From assembly GCA_040954595.2 (NCBI GenBank), contig CM082585.2:1426318-1490317 (forward strand): DNA of 64,000 nt, in the 5' to 3' direction. A program made the position numbers and the translations under genes. Positions 43,704 to 54,240 of this stretch are shown here, in pieces. Source of the stretch: Balanoglossus misakiensis. Lineage: Eukaryota; Animalia; Hemichordata. Within the stretch, counting starts at the first letter, position 1. Every line of letters starts with the position of its first letter. Under the pieces are notes generated by a model. It was not told the DNA's origin and searched no databases. It saw only the letters and a list, made by a program, of their open reading frames with translations.

Positions 43704-46191
43704 TGGGGATATCAGACTATGTCTGGACATGAGAAAAGCAAATCAAGCCATTGTTAGGGAAAGACACCCTGTTCCCACCATGGATGAAACGCTAGAGGAA
43801 ATTTCAGGGGCCAAGGTATTTTGCAAGCTTGATATGAATATGGCTTTCCATCAAATTGAGCTCGATGAAAAGAGCAGGGATATTACAACCTTTTCAGGGC
43901 CCAACTCTTTGTATCGCTACAAGCGTTTAGTTTTTGGTGTGAACATGGCGACTGAAAAGTTTCAAAATCTAATTAGCCAGGTTTTGAAGGGCTGTGAGGG
44001 TGCCCACAACATGCATGATGATATTAGAGTAGTAGCTGAAAATTATGAGCAGCTGCATGCCAGAGTTGGGAAAGTGATCAAGCGTTTTAGTGAGCATGGT
44101 TTAACGCTGAACTTTACAAAATGTAAGCTAGGAGACAGTATGATATTCATGGGTCACTTGATGACGGCCCAGGGTATGAAACTCACTGATGAGAAGGTCA
44201 AAGCTATTGTAAAAGCTCGAACGCCAACTGACAAATCAGAATTGAGAAGTTTCTTTGGGCTGGCTCAATTTTGCTCAAAATATGTCGATAAATTTGCAAC
44301 AGTGACAAGCCCACTGTGGGATTTGACTCGCAAAGATGCAAAGTGGAAATGGCTTCCCAAGCATGAGAAAGTATTCAATCTCATCAAACATAAATTGACC
44401 ACAAGTCCATTCATGGCTTATTTCAAGCAGGGTGCTAAAACTCGAGTCACTTCTGATGCATCGCCCGTTGGTGTTGGAGCAATCCTTGAACAAATGCAAA
44501 GTAATGGTTCATATCAACCAGTGTACTATGTTAGCAGAAAGCTTACACATGTTGAGTCGAGGTACTCTCAGTTTGAGCGAGAGGCGCTTGGAGTTAAATG
44601 GGCATGTGAGAAACTTCAGCAGTTTCTGCTAGGCAGTCATTTTGAGGTCAGAACTGACCATAAGCCTTTATTGAAAGTATTCAGCCCTAACTCCAGGCCC
44701 CCTTCAGCTAGAATTGAGAGATGGCTGTTATATATGCAACAATTTGATTATCATATCACCCATATCAAGGGAAAGAATAATTATGCGGACATGTTGAGTA
44801 GATTGCCCGTGGACGAACCATCTGACAACTATTGTAGAGAGACTGAAGATTTTGCATGTAGTGTTGTTTTAGAGGCTATGCCATCTGCTATCACCCCACG
44901 TGATATTGAGAGAGAATCTGCAAAAGACCAGAGCTTGCAATTGGTTGAAAAGTGTATTACCTCTGCAAATTGGTCAAAATTGAAGTCTTCACCCTATTGG
45001 CATGTGAAAGACGAATTATGGTTGTATGGCAGATTGATCATGCGTGGTAACAGATTGGTTGTTCCTCAAGTTTTGCAAAGAAAAATCTTGAAAATTGCAC
45101 ACCAGGGTCATCAGGGAATTGTGAGGACAAAGGCTCGTTTACGTGACAGAGTTTGGTGGCCAGGAATGGACAGGGATGTGGAAAAACTGATACGATCCTG
45201 TCATCCATGTCAATTGGTCAGTGCCAGGCCAAACCCAGAGCCATTATTACCCACACAGTTACCTGAAGGACCATGGTTCGATTTAGCAGTTGATCTTTTG
45301 GATGTATGTGATGGTGAGAAATTACTAGTGGTAACTGATTTATACTCTAGATGGCCTGAAGTAGTTTTGTTAAAGAAAACAGATGCTGCCCATGTCATAA
45401 AAGCCATGGAAGCTATGTTTCTTACACATGGGTTGCCTTACTGTGTCAAATCAGACAATGGTCCACCTTTTACCTCAGCCGAGTTTGAAGGTTTCCTTGA
45501 TTACTTAGGTATTGATCATGAATATTCCATTCCATACTGGCCTCAGAGCAATGGAAGTGTTGAGAGGCTGAATGAAATAATTTTGAAGTCTGTACGAATT
45601 GCTAAATTGCAAAAGAAAAGTTGGTACAAAGATTTGACACATTTTCTATTTGAATATAGAAATACACCCCATACTGTGACAGGCATATCTCCTGCTATGG
45701 CTCTGATGGGAAGAGAGTTTAGGGACAAAATTCCTAGACTGAGAATTCCATCCCAAACAATCAATGAGTCTGATTGGCAAATCAAAATGAGAGAAAGAAA
45801 CAACAGAATGAAAATGAAACAAAAGTTCTATGCCGACAACAGGAGACATGCCACTTCCTCAGATATCAGGGAAGGTGATACTGTTTTGCTCCAGCAAGCA
45901 TTTAGGCAAAACAAACTCACTCCCAATTTCGAGACAGAACCATACAAAGTCATCCAGAAAGATGGAGGTGCGTTAGTATTGGAAAACTCCAAAGGTGTAA
46001 AAAGAAGGTCCACTGGACATGTAAAGAAATATGTTGAGGAATATCCAGAATTTTCCTTCCAGGGCACTGAATGGAACTCCAAACATTTGACATATGAACA
46101 ACCTCAAAGGGTTCAAAATGGTGTTCCATCCTGTAACCCCCATATCCATGATTTGTCTACACATAACAACCTGGATAACTTGCCAGTATAA
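43594..46191 (+). CDS. pol: Pol: reverse transcriptase, RNase H, integrase
   Basis: RT (LCLDMR, KLDMNMAFHQ, MHDD), RNase H (SDASPVG, EREAL, TDHKPL), integrase (H..H..CHPC, VDL, SDNGPPF, NGSVER). The frame continues past the TAA at 46189 to RRSTRIKSKPPWHKDY and stops at 46413. Confidence 0.95.
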   Translation: MLKLLKKLNDLQKLGVIEKVSGPTSWVNPLVTVQKPDGDIRLCLDMRKANQAIVRERHPVPTMDETLEEISGAKVFCKLDMNMAFHQIELDEKSRDITTFSGPNSLYRYKRLVFGVNMATEKFQNLISQVLKGCEGAHNMHDDIRVVAENYEQLHARVGKVIKRFSEHGLTLNFTKCKLGDSMIFMGHLMTAQGMKLTDEKVKAIVKARTPTDKSELRSFFGLAQFCSKYVDKFATVTSPLWDLTRKDAKWKWLPKHEKVFNLIKHKLTTSPFMAYFKQGAKTRVTSDASPVGVGAILEQMQSNGSYQPVYYVSRKLTHVESRYSQFEREALGVKWACEKLQQFLLGSHFEVRTDHKPLLKVFSPNSRPPSARIERWLLYMQQFDYHITHIKGKNNYADMLSRLPVDEPSDNYCRETEDFACSVVLEAMPSAITPRDIERESAKDQSLQLVEKCITSANWSKLKSSPYWHVKDELWLYGRLIMRGNRLVVPQVLQRKILKIAHQGHQGIVRTKARLRDRVWWPGMDRDVEKLIRSCHPCQLVSARPNPEPLLPTQLPEGPWFDLAVDLLDVCDGEKLLVVTDLYSRWPEVVLLKKTDAAHVIKAMEAMFLTHGLPYCVKSDNGPPFTSAEFEGFLDYLGIDHEYSIPYWPQSNGSVERLNEIILKSVRIAKLQKKSWYKDLTHFLFEYRNTPHTVTGISPAMALMGREFRDKIPRLRIPSQTINESDWQIKMRERNNRMKMKQKFYADNRRHATSSDIREGDTVLLQQAFRQNKLTPNFETEPYKVIQKDGGALVLENSKGVKRRSTGHVKKYVEEYPEFSFQGTEWNSKHLTYEQPQRVQNGVPSCNPHIHDLSTHNNLDNLPV

Positions 46192-46664
46192 CCCGTCTGT
46201 TCTAGTCAGAAATCAACTGGACCAGCATGTCCTAGTCCTGTTTCACCTACTGGTACAGCATCGTTGGAAACGATTGTAAATGTTCCTCCAACAATGCCAG
46301 TGACAAATTCACCTAAGACAAATGTAAACCCCAATAGTACTGATGTGAGACGCTCAACAAGAATAAAATCTAAACCTCCTTGGCACAAAGACTATTGCAT
46401 GCCAGAAGGATAGATTATATTGACATAAGACTGTCCACAAACATTATGGAATGAGTTTCTGTAGAGCAAATTTTCTCTTGGAGATTTGTATTTTCCTAGT
46501 TATGAAGTTCTCAAGTTCTTGTTAAGGTTAAGGTTCTGTTTGTTTTCGTTTGTTAGAACATGATCATTCACAAAGCATTACAATTTGACAGTGTTGGCAA
46601 ATTTCATACTTTCCAAAGCGAGTTGTAAACTTAAAGTACAAGTTTTCTTCTAAAGTTGAGGAGA

Positions 46665-46818
46665 TGTGATAGTATTGTCATGATCACGTGATTGTCACAT
46701 GGTCTGTATACGTGATTTCCTGTAACTGTTAGTTCCCGCGTGGTTGTCATTCAATAAACATCACTTCTGTGGAACTCCGTCGTTGTCGACTGTCAATAAC
46801 CCCTCCCCGGACATCACA
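46665..46818 (+). repeat. 3' LTR
   Basis: Identical to 41818-41971 on base-by-base reading. Confidence 0.97.
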
Positions 46819-47215
46819 ATCATGAGTGTATTCTGTGTTTTTTTAAGGCTGCACAAAACAAAGAGTGCAAACCACTGCTGAAATGGGTGACCCACATTGT
46901 GAACCACTTTTGGTATTGTTGTCAAAAAGCATCAGATATGGACAAGTTTCTGGTAAGTATTACTTATCATCAGCTAGCCTAGATGTTAAAATGTGTGATA
47001 CTATAGAGACTTCTTAGGGTAATCTTAAAAATTAATATTTGATAATAAATATTGAGACATGTTTTAACATTCAATTGGATTGGTTGCTGCTGTTTTGCTG
47101 TGCATTGAACATGTCATAGTTCATGTTATTGCAATAGTGATTTATGGGATTGTAAACTTTACTAGGGCAGAGAATAAGTACCCCTGGCCCTTGCTAGGGC
47201 AGAGAATTGGTACCC

Positions 47216-47855
47216 CTGGTTAATACTTGGCAAAAAGCAATTTTATTTTACATTGCTAATGAAATGGTGACACTGAATCTGATTCTTTGCATCAGGGTAA
47301 ATGGCGATGCAAGCTTGATGATGCATCCCGGTAGATAGTGATGCAAACACTTCACTTTGACATGGGTATTAAATGCATGTGGGGATTAAAAGTTGACTGA
47401 AAATCCCTGGGTTAATACAAGTCCAAAAGCACTGAAATTTGACATAGCTAATACAATGGTGACATTGAATGTGATTCTTTGCATTAGGGGAAATGGCGTA
47501 GCAAGCCTAATGATGCATCAGTGTAGATGGTGATCCAAGCTCTGCGCTTTGGCATACGTATTTAATGCATGTGCATGGGTATTTAATGTTGAATGTAAAT
47601 TCCCAGGTTAATATATGCATGGGTATTTAATGTTGAATGTAAATTCCCAGGTTAATATATGCATGGGTATTTAATGTTGACTGTAAATCCCTAGGTTAAT
47701 ACATGGCCATAAGTACTGTAAGGGGTAGATGGTGATGCAAGCTCTGCACTTTGACATGGGGATTAAATGCATGCTGAGGGGGATTTTAAGTTGTCTGTAA
47801 ATCCCCAGGTTGATATGTGGCCAAAAGCACTGTAATTTGACATTGCTAATGATGG
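47216..47855. repeat. Short block (~3 monomers) of the ~190-bp satellite
   Basis: Same monomer motifs as 15650-31280, ending at the same SINE-tail junction. Confidence 0.92.
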
Positions 47856-49615
47856 TGAGCTGTACTCCCCAGGGAGTTGAATGGAATGTTTAGGTCCAAC
47901 GACCTAGGTCAAATGACCATGGAACAACTTTAAAGCATGTTGAGATTTAATGTGCTACATAAGTTATAAATATTATATTAATATTATTACATAAACAACA
48001 CTCTTACCTAGCTAAGGAAGTGGTCAGGTGAAAAATATTTGCAGAGCTGACCAATTACTTAAGGAATATTAAAGTTGGGTAATTTGGACGTATTCATACG
48101 GGTGTTGGTCAATGGAAAGTCCTTTGTTCATTTTCAAAATGGCAACCAAAAATGCGAACAAAACACACTGAATTATGTACGGGATATTGGTGTTGCCTAA
48201 TTTGCGTGTTTCCACATTTACTTAAACTCTCACAGGGAGACAAATGTCACAGCAAACGGAAAAATGACTATGCTACACACAACACTTTTATTGATCATGG
48301 AAAATGTTCATGAGAGTTGTGTTATGGTACTTTTCGGGGCTCACGACCTGTGTTATAGGAAATCTGACAAGGAATCCAAACTGTACCACATACACAACAC
48401 TTTAATTAAGCATGGGAAATGGTCCTGAGAACAATATTCTCAGAGTTGACAAACTGTGTTATCTGCGTTATATTGATGTTGTCTAATTTACACGCCTGTA
48501 CATTTATTTATACTCTGACTTTGAGCTTAATAAGGCAGCGCCTGCTAAGGTCAATTTCCCACGTACACTTTTAATTAGCATAGATAATGATCATGATAAC
48601 TTCATTTTCAGAGCTGACAAACTGTGTTATGTGAAATTCATGTTGCCTATTTCATGATAATGGCTTGTGGTACACAAGGGTTAACAGCAATCAGCAATTG
48701 CTTGTATGATAGGTATAATGATCGATTTACAAATTTCAATGGTATAATAATGGGCAACACATGTGGAAGTGTTTAATAAACAGTTAACTGATGTGGTGAT
48801 GGTTTGTGGTATAATTGAGGGTACACAGATTATAATGGGCAAAACAATGAATATAATAGAGGTTGATGATGGTGAATGGTTTCATATGAATGGTGTAATA
48901 AAGGTTAACAAATGTGGTGATAGCTTTGGTGTACAGGGCTGTTCATATCTTTAGTAATGACAAAGGTATAATAGTGATAAAAGCTTAAATAAGTGTTAGG
49001 GCACAATCTTCATGATGGTTCATTCATTGGTTAATGTGTATATTTTATTAATATCATGCTATTGTTTATCAGTTAGATCATAATCAGGGTTTTTCCATGC
49101 ACATAGTCATCATGAATCAGCGGAATTCTTCTGAATAGTACCTGTGATCATTTTTGCGCACCGACGCATTGTACGCGACAGACATGCAGAAAATATTAAC
49201 ATGTAACTCACAGGCATAGTGTTAAATCTAAACGACTATATGTTAGATAAGCTTTACCTCCCCACCCCATCAAAATTCCAAATTTAGCTTGATGTGACGT
49301 TTTCGGGTAGTACCAATTCGGAAACTTTCATGGTTCATTCATTGAACCAAATATTGGATTTGACACACTGTGTCTTGGGTGGGTAAAGCATGGTGAAATG
49401 TTGGCAGTAAACTTTAACCAGACAGGTCACATGAAAGGAAGATTTTATCATTTGAGTTCGATGGCATACATGATAAGATATGTCAGTTCTGACACCATTT
49501 TTGCAGACGTAGATGCTGATGTATTTTTTCCATTGGACACAATACTCAAAGTCCAGTCTGTGTTTAAAATGATACCCTGGTCACACACAGTGAGAAATGT
49601 CAGCCTTTGACTTAA
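47755..49615. repeat. Segmental duplication, copy 2 (empty Kolobok site at 49612-49615)
   Basis: Colinear with 33820-35518, with an extra ~140 bp near 48470-48610. Confidence 0.9.
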
Positions 49616-49636
49616 TTATCTAATTTATGCATTGTT

Positions 49637-50308
49637 AACAATGCACTGTGACATTTACTGCATGTATTTTTCCCACTGTGGAAACTTACTATGCTTTGAA
49701 TACATGTTCCCTAATGGGGTGTTAAAGGATACAGTAGGATCTGTTTCGGTAGCAAATATGACACTGTTTTCAACATATTTGACTGGTGGCAATATGTGGT
49801 TTTACGTTGGTATCCATCATGTAACTCGGATCACCTATATGAAGCTCCATAGTAAATTTCACAGAAGTCGGCTGATCAATTCCAGAAAAGTAGATTTTTT
49901 ACCAAAAATGTGGAAAAAGACAAAAAAATGCATAACAAGTAGAAAATTCACACTATTAGCTTAAAACATACAGAAATGTGTGAGGCTAATATAAGGTACT
50001 ATCATACCATTTTTTCAAATCAACATGACCAGGACTTGTCGTGTTTCTGAGTTTTGACCAAATTAAGGTTTTCCCAGCTAATTTGTATATATTTTTGGCA
50101 ATGACAACTTCGTTTGAACAAACTCCCATCTACAGCCTAGCATGCATCTACACACCAAATATCGAGGTTATTGGCGCAACGGTTTTCAAGTTTTTGATGT
50201 GTACGGACATACATCCATCTATCCGTCCATATGTCCATACATACATACAGACGCAACCAAATCCATAAGGTCCCACTGTATATACCTATACAAATGGGAC
50301 CAAATAAA
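49637..50308 (-). mobile_element. HINE/Helentron-type non-autonomous element
   Basis: On the minus strand: 5' hairpin ggtcccatttgtataggtatatacagtgggacc, (tatg/gatg)n microsatellite, 3' sub-TIR cagtggga, small hairpin and terminal ttgtt. Confidence 0.6.
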
Positions 50309-51080
50309 ACACACAAAAAATAACACTTAACATCTTACAGTGCAGGGCCTTGCTAGTTGATGTGGTACAATTCTATCATATCACTTCACAGCTGGTAGCC
50401 AAGGGCAGTGTTTGCACAGAGGAGCCTCCTGAATGTCTTCGCTCGTTCACACCTCTTCAGTGATAATGTCTGGATTACATTGACATGAAACTGTTTGTTC
50501 AGTAGTGTTTCAACTGCCAGCTACCTGGGTTCATTTTACACCCAAACACTGAAAATATTGTAGCAGTCAATAATATAACCTACACACTGTGTGAAATTCA
50601 CCATGTTCTAAAGTAATGTTGATGTCTAATGTGCATTGTGACTTACAGGGCATGCACGGCTAAAGCTTGTCGAAAGTTGACAAAGCAAAAGACCAGACCA
50701 GTTGCCTGTTTTAAAATGTGCTTCATTCCAAGGACCTTGGCGATGAGTCATGAATTGGGGAACGTTCATGAGACCCATTTTTTTTCACTGGACCAGCACA
50801 TTTAATGATATGACCTTGAAATTGAACTGTTCCCAGGAGCTACTGAGAGTTGCCTTGTTTCACCCCCAAGTTACTACCTGGGGTTTTTACAATGTCGACA
50901 GTAGTTCCAAAAAAAAAAACGTTGTACTTTTATGAATAATCGATTAGGGTAGATTTATTCATGGTAGTAAAACTTTTTGGCCTGCAGTTGCCAAACAAAG
51001 ACAATTACAAGTAAGGGACTGGACGTAAACTACCAGGGGGAGCGCAGGGAAATTGACGAAAGCGATGGCCTCAAATTAAT

Positions 51081-51432
51081 GTCATAGTCCAGTGGTTAGA
51101 GCATCAGACCCATAATCAAAGAATCAAGAGTTTGATCCCTGGCATGGTTGTGGTGTTGTGTCCTCTGGCAAGGCAATTTACATCTCCTTGCCTCTCCCCG
51201 CCTATAAGAAAAGGGTAATTTGGTGGATCGGATATTGTAATGTGTATGTATAGGTCTGCTTTGCTGATATAAAAGCTGCACATGTGAGCTGTTGTTTGCT
51301 CCCCATGGAGTGGAATGGAATATTTTAGGTCCAACGACCTAGGTCAAATTACCATGGGAAACACTTCAAAGCAGCACATTGAGATTTATTGCATAATGTG
51401 CTATATAAGTAATAAATATTATATTGATATTA
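51081..51432 (+). mobile_element. tRNA-derived SINE
   Basis: A-box tagtccagtgg, B-box-like agtttgatccc, central gtgttgtgtcctctggcaaggcaattt domain, and a tail shared with 33014-33350. Confidence 0.7.
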
Positions 51433-51508
51433 TTACATAAACAACACTCTTACTTAGCAAAGGAAGTGGTCAGGTGAACTATATTCGCAGAGCTGACCAA
51501 TTGTTTAA

Positions 51509-51850
51509 AGGGGCAAAGTCTCTCATCGCTGCCTTTTTTCAATTAATTATGTATGATACAAGACGCCATTGATGTTATTCTACATGTGGATATATGGTGA
51601 ATCAACATTCGACCACACACAACTTCCGTCTCGTTTGTACGATATGAGAGTAAAAACTCGCCCAAAATGAATAAATGGTAAAGAACGATTATTCATTTTG
51701 GCGAGTTTTTCACTCTCCTGTCTATAAGAGGGATGGAAGTTGTGTGTGGTTGAACGTTCATTCGCTATATATCCACATGTAGAATAACAAACGGTGTCTC
51801 TTATCAAATATAATATGGGAAAAGGGCAGCGAGAGAGAGACTTTGTCCCT
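51509..51850. mobile_element. Kolobok-type MITE, right TSD deleted
   Basis: TTAA|AGGGGCAAAGTC...GACTTTGTCCCT, followed directly by cacatggggatt. Confidence 0.85.
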
Positions 51851-54240
51851 CACATGGGGATTAAATGCATATGCGTGTGTATTTAAAGTTAACTGTAAAT
51901 CCCCAGGTTAATACGTGGCCAAAAGCACTGTAATTTGGCATTTCTAATGATGGTGAGATGTTGTTTGCTCCCCAGGGAGTTGAATGGAATATTTAGGTCC
52001 AACATCCTAGCTCAAATGACCATGGGACAACTTAAAGCACGTTGAGATTTAATGTGCTACATAAGTTATAAATATTATAAAAATATTATTACATAAACAA
52101 CACTCTTCCTTAGCAAAGGAAGTGGTCAGGTGAAATATATTCGCAGAGCTGACCAATTCTTTAAGGAAAATTAAAGTTGGGTAATTTGGATGTATTCATA
52201 CGAGTGTTGGTCAATGATAGGAAAGTCCTTTGTTCATTTTCAAAATGAAAACCAAAAATGCGAACAAAACACACTGAATTACGTATGGGATATTGATGTT
52301 GCCTAATTTGCGTGACTCTACATTTACTTAAACTCTCACAGGGAGACAAATGTCACAGCAAACGGAAAAATGATTATGCTAAGCAATACGCCAACCTTTA
52401 AAATATTACTTTAGAAAGTTTGTATTCATACTTTCTTCAAGTTGTCATAACGCTACCCCAAAATGTGTTTAAGTATTGCCTTTGTATTAATGGGCTAGAT
52501 TCATGGCGTTATATGTCATAAATTAAAAAGCCAACCCTTATTGATTTTGATAATATTTATGTCGGAGAATCCACAATGAAAAATATGTATTTCAATTTCA
52601 TAACTCAAAATGATTTTCAAATCCATGACCTTATTTTCAACTCCAGTGATCGTACATCCTGAACCTTGTGCCAGTAAATGATTGGCCATTACAGGGTTAA
52701 TGGGCACTCTCCCGTTCTCTTCCTCCGCAGTTTCATTCATGTTCTTGTTTGACGGAAATGGGTGTGACCAGACGCTTGAATGTTTTCATGTGGGTGTCGT
52801 TGTTCATCGGGATCGGTCTCCTGGTGTGTCTGTACAGGTACGCAAGGAGAAACTGCCCACAAGAAGCTGCGAGTGAAACTATTTAAGGTAGTATGTGCCT
52901 CGCGGTCCGAGATTCAGACAAATGATAGTCCTCAAAACTTTTTCAAGTCTTTGATTTACTAAAGTGTATGGTGAGTCTCTTTGAAAACAACAAAAACATT
53001 ACTCACCATATTGTTATTTTTTTGAAAGTTTAAAATGAAGTTGACAATGTACCAAACAGATTCTATTTATTTCTTCATGACCATGTTCACCCCAAGGTCA
53101 TATGGACCTGCAAGTATATGCCAGAGCCAGAGTCGACATTACCGAAGCCAGAGTTCAAAGCTTGCAGGTCACCCCTTGCCAGCTCATGTCTAGCTAAACT
53201 GCCATGGATGCCAAGAGATATAGGACTACAGTAACCTGTAGATGGTTTCAGTATGTTTGAAGAAAGTGGTGGCGCACTTTTGGCTACATTTGAAATGGCT
53301 ATGGTACCAGTGGTTGAATTTGCAAAGGTGACCTTTGACCTGGTATCATTAAAGATATTAAAGAACGATTGAACATTCCTTGTTGTCGTAAAATGACATC
53401 TGTAATAACTTATATTTTATCTGTTCATCTTGAAGTACTATATATTTAAACGCCAATTTTCCATTGCCAATCAAGTTTTTACAAATAAATTGTAATATGC
53501 ATGTTGATTTTACAAAAACTCCTTACTTCCAAGTGAATTCTGTTACACATCACGTAAATATTTTCCCCACGAATTCTTCAGTTGCTGACTCGGAAATTTC
53601 ATATATTGGGCAGAAATTGGATACATTACCGAGCCATTAAAATTACAGTTTTCTATTTTAATTGATCTTCCATAACTTCAAGTACTTTGATTTGACATAA
53701 ATTAAAAACATCATGGTGAATAAATAAAAAATCTTTGATTATCTAATTGTGCATGTTTACATGGTTTTATTTTAGTATGCTGGGTACTTAATGTCTAATT
53801 GCTCGCTGATTTTATACTGTTCAAGATGACAATCTAATTTTAGTTTTCAGCTGATAATGGAAATCACTGATTAAAAAAATTGAATTTTGTCATGAATAAA
53901 CTTGTTGTTCATGGCAGTTGCTGTATTTTGTTTCATGTGTATTCAATTTTTGCAAGAATACCATTGAGCACAGTTTGATTTGATTAAACACGTTTATCGG
54001 AAAATTTTGTCATTTGAAATATCTGTTTTTGCGCCCTCTACCATTTGACCAAATGATTCTCTTATTTTGGTGGCCTTTGTCTGTGTATATGAGAATACTA
54101 TAGTACTCTCGCATCGATGATAGTAGAAGTTGAAAACGTCTCTTGCCACGTGGCCTAGAAGAAAGGTGATCTTTAGAGTAAAATAAAACAAACTATCCAG
54201 ATAGGAAGCTAGAAAAGAAGTTGAATCGTTGAATTTTATT

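Larger units (their letters stand above)
41818..46818 (+). mobile_element. Full-length Ty3/Gypsy LTR retrotransposon (Mag-like)
   Basis: Identical 154-bp TG...CA LTRs, 5-bp TSD ATCAT (41813-41817 and 46819-46823), PBS, purine-rich tract at 46652-46664, and gag-PR-RT-RH-IN order. Confidence 0.97.
35811..46952 (+). pseudogene. Spliced Kolobok-type DDE transposase (11 exons, one frameshift, C-terminus missing)
   Basis: GT-AG exons with compatible phases: 35811-36025, 36633-36743, 37000-37125, 37470-37583, 38457-38510, 38787-38885, 39124-39420, 39705-39987, 40276-40512, 41483-41559, 46848-46952. Motifs: CxxGH..WxSQP, GDGRMDSPGFCAQYCTY, VVTDAH, HSHDIWHAAK, WVTHIVNHFW. Frameshift in the T8 run at 39296-39303. 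Confidence 0.8.
35519..47160 (+). mobile_element. Kolobok DNA transposon, 3'-truncated, carrying nested insertions
   Basis: Starts TTAA|AGGGACAAAGTC. The first ~185 bp match the arms of the MITEs at 33428 and 51509. The paralogous site at 49612-49615 is an empty TTAA. Encodes a Kolobok-type transposase. No right TIR was found. Confidence 0.8.

Noticed and set aside
33820-49615. Treating the duplicated flanks as long terminal direct repeats of the Kolobok element
   Set aside because: The left copy lies outside the TTAA/TIR boundary and the module recurs elsewhere without the transposon, so segmental duplication explains it better.
51081-51150. tRNA gene
   Set aside because: A/B-box-like motifs are present but no full cloverleaf is evident. 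It continues into a SINE body and is duplicated at 33014.
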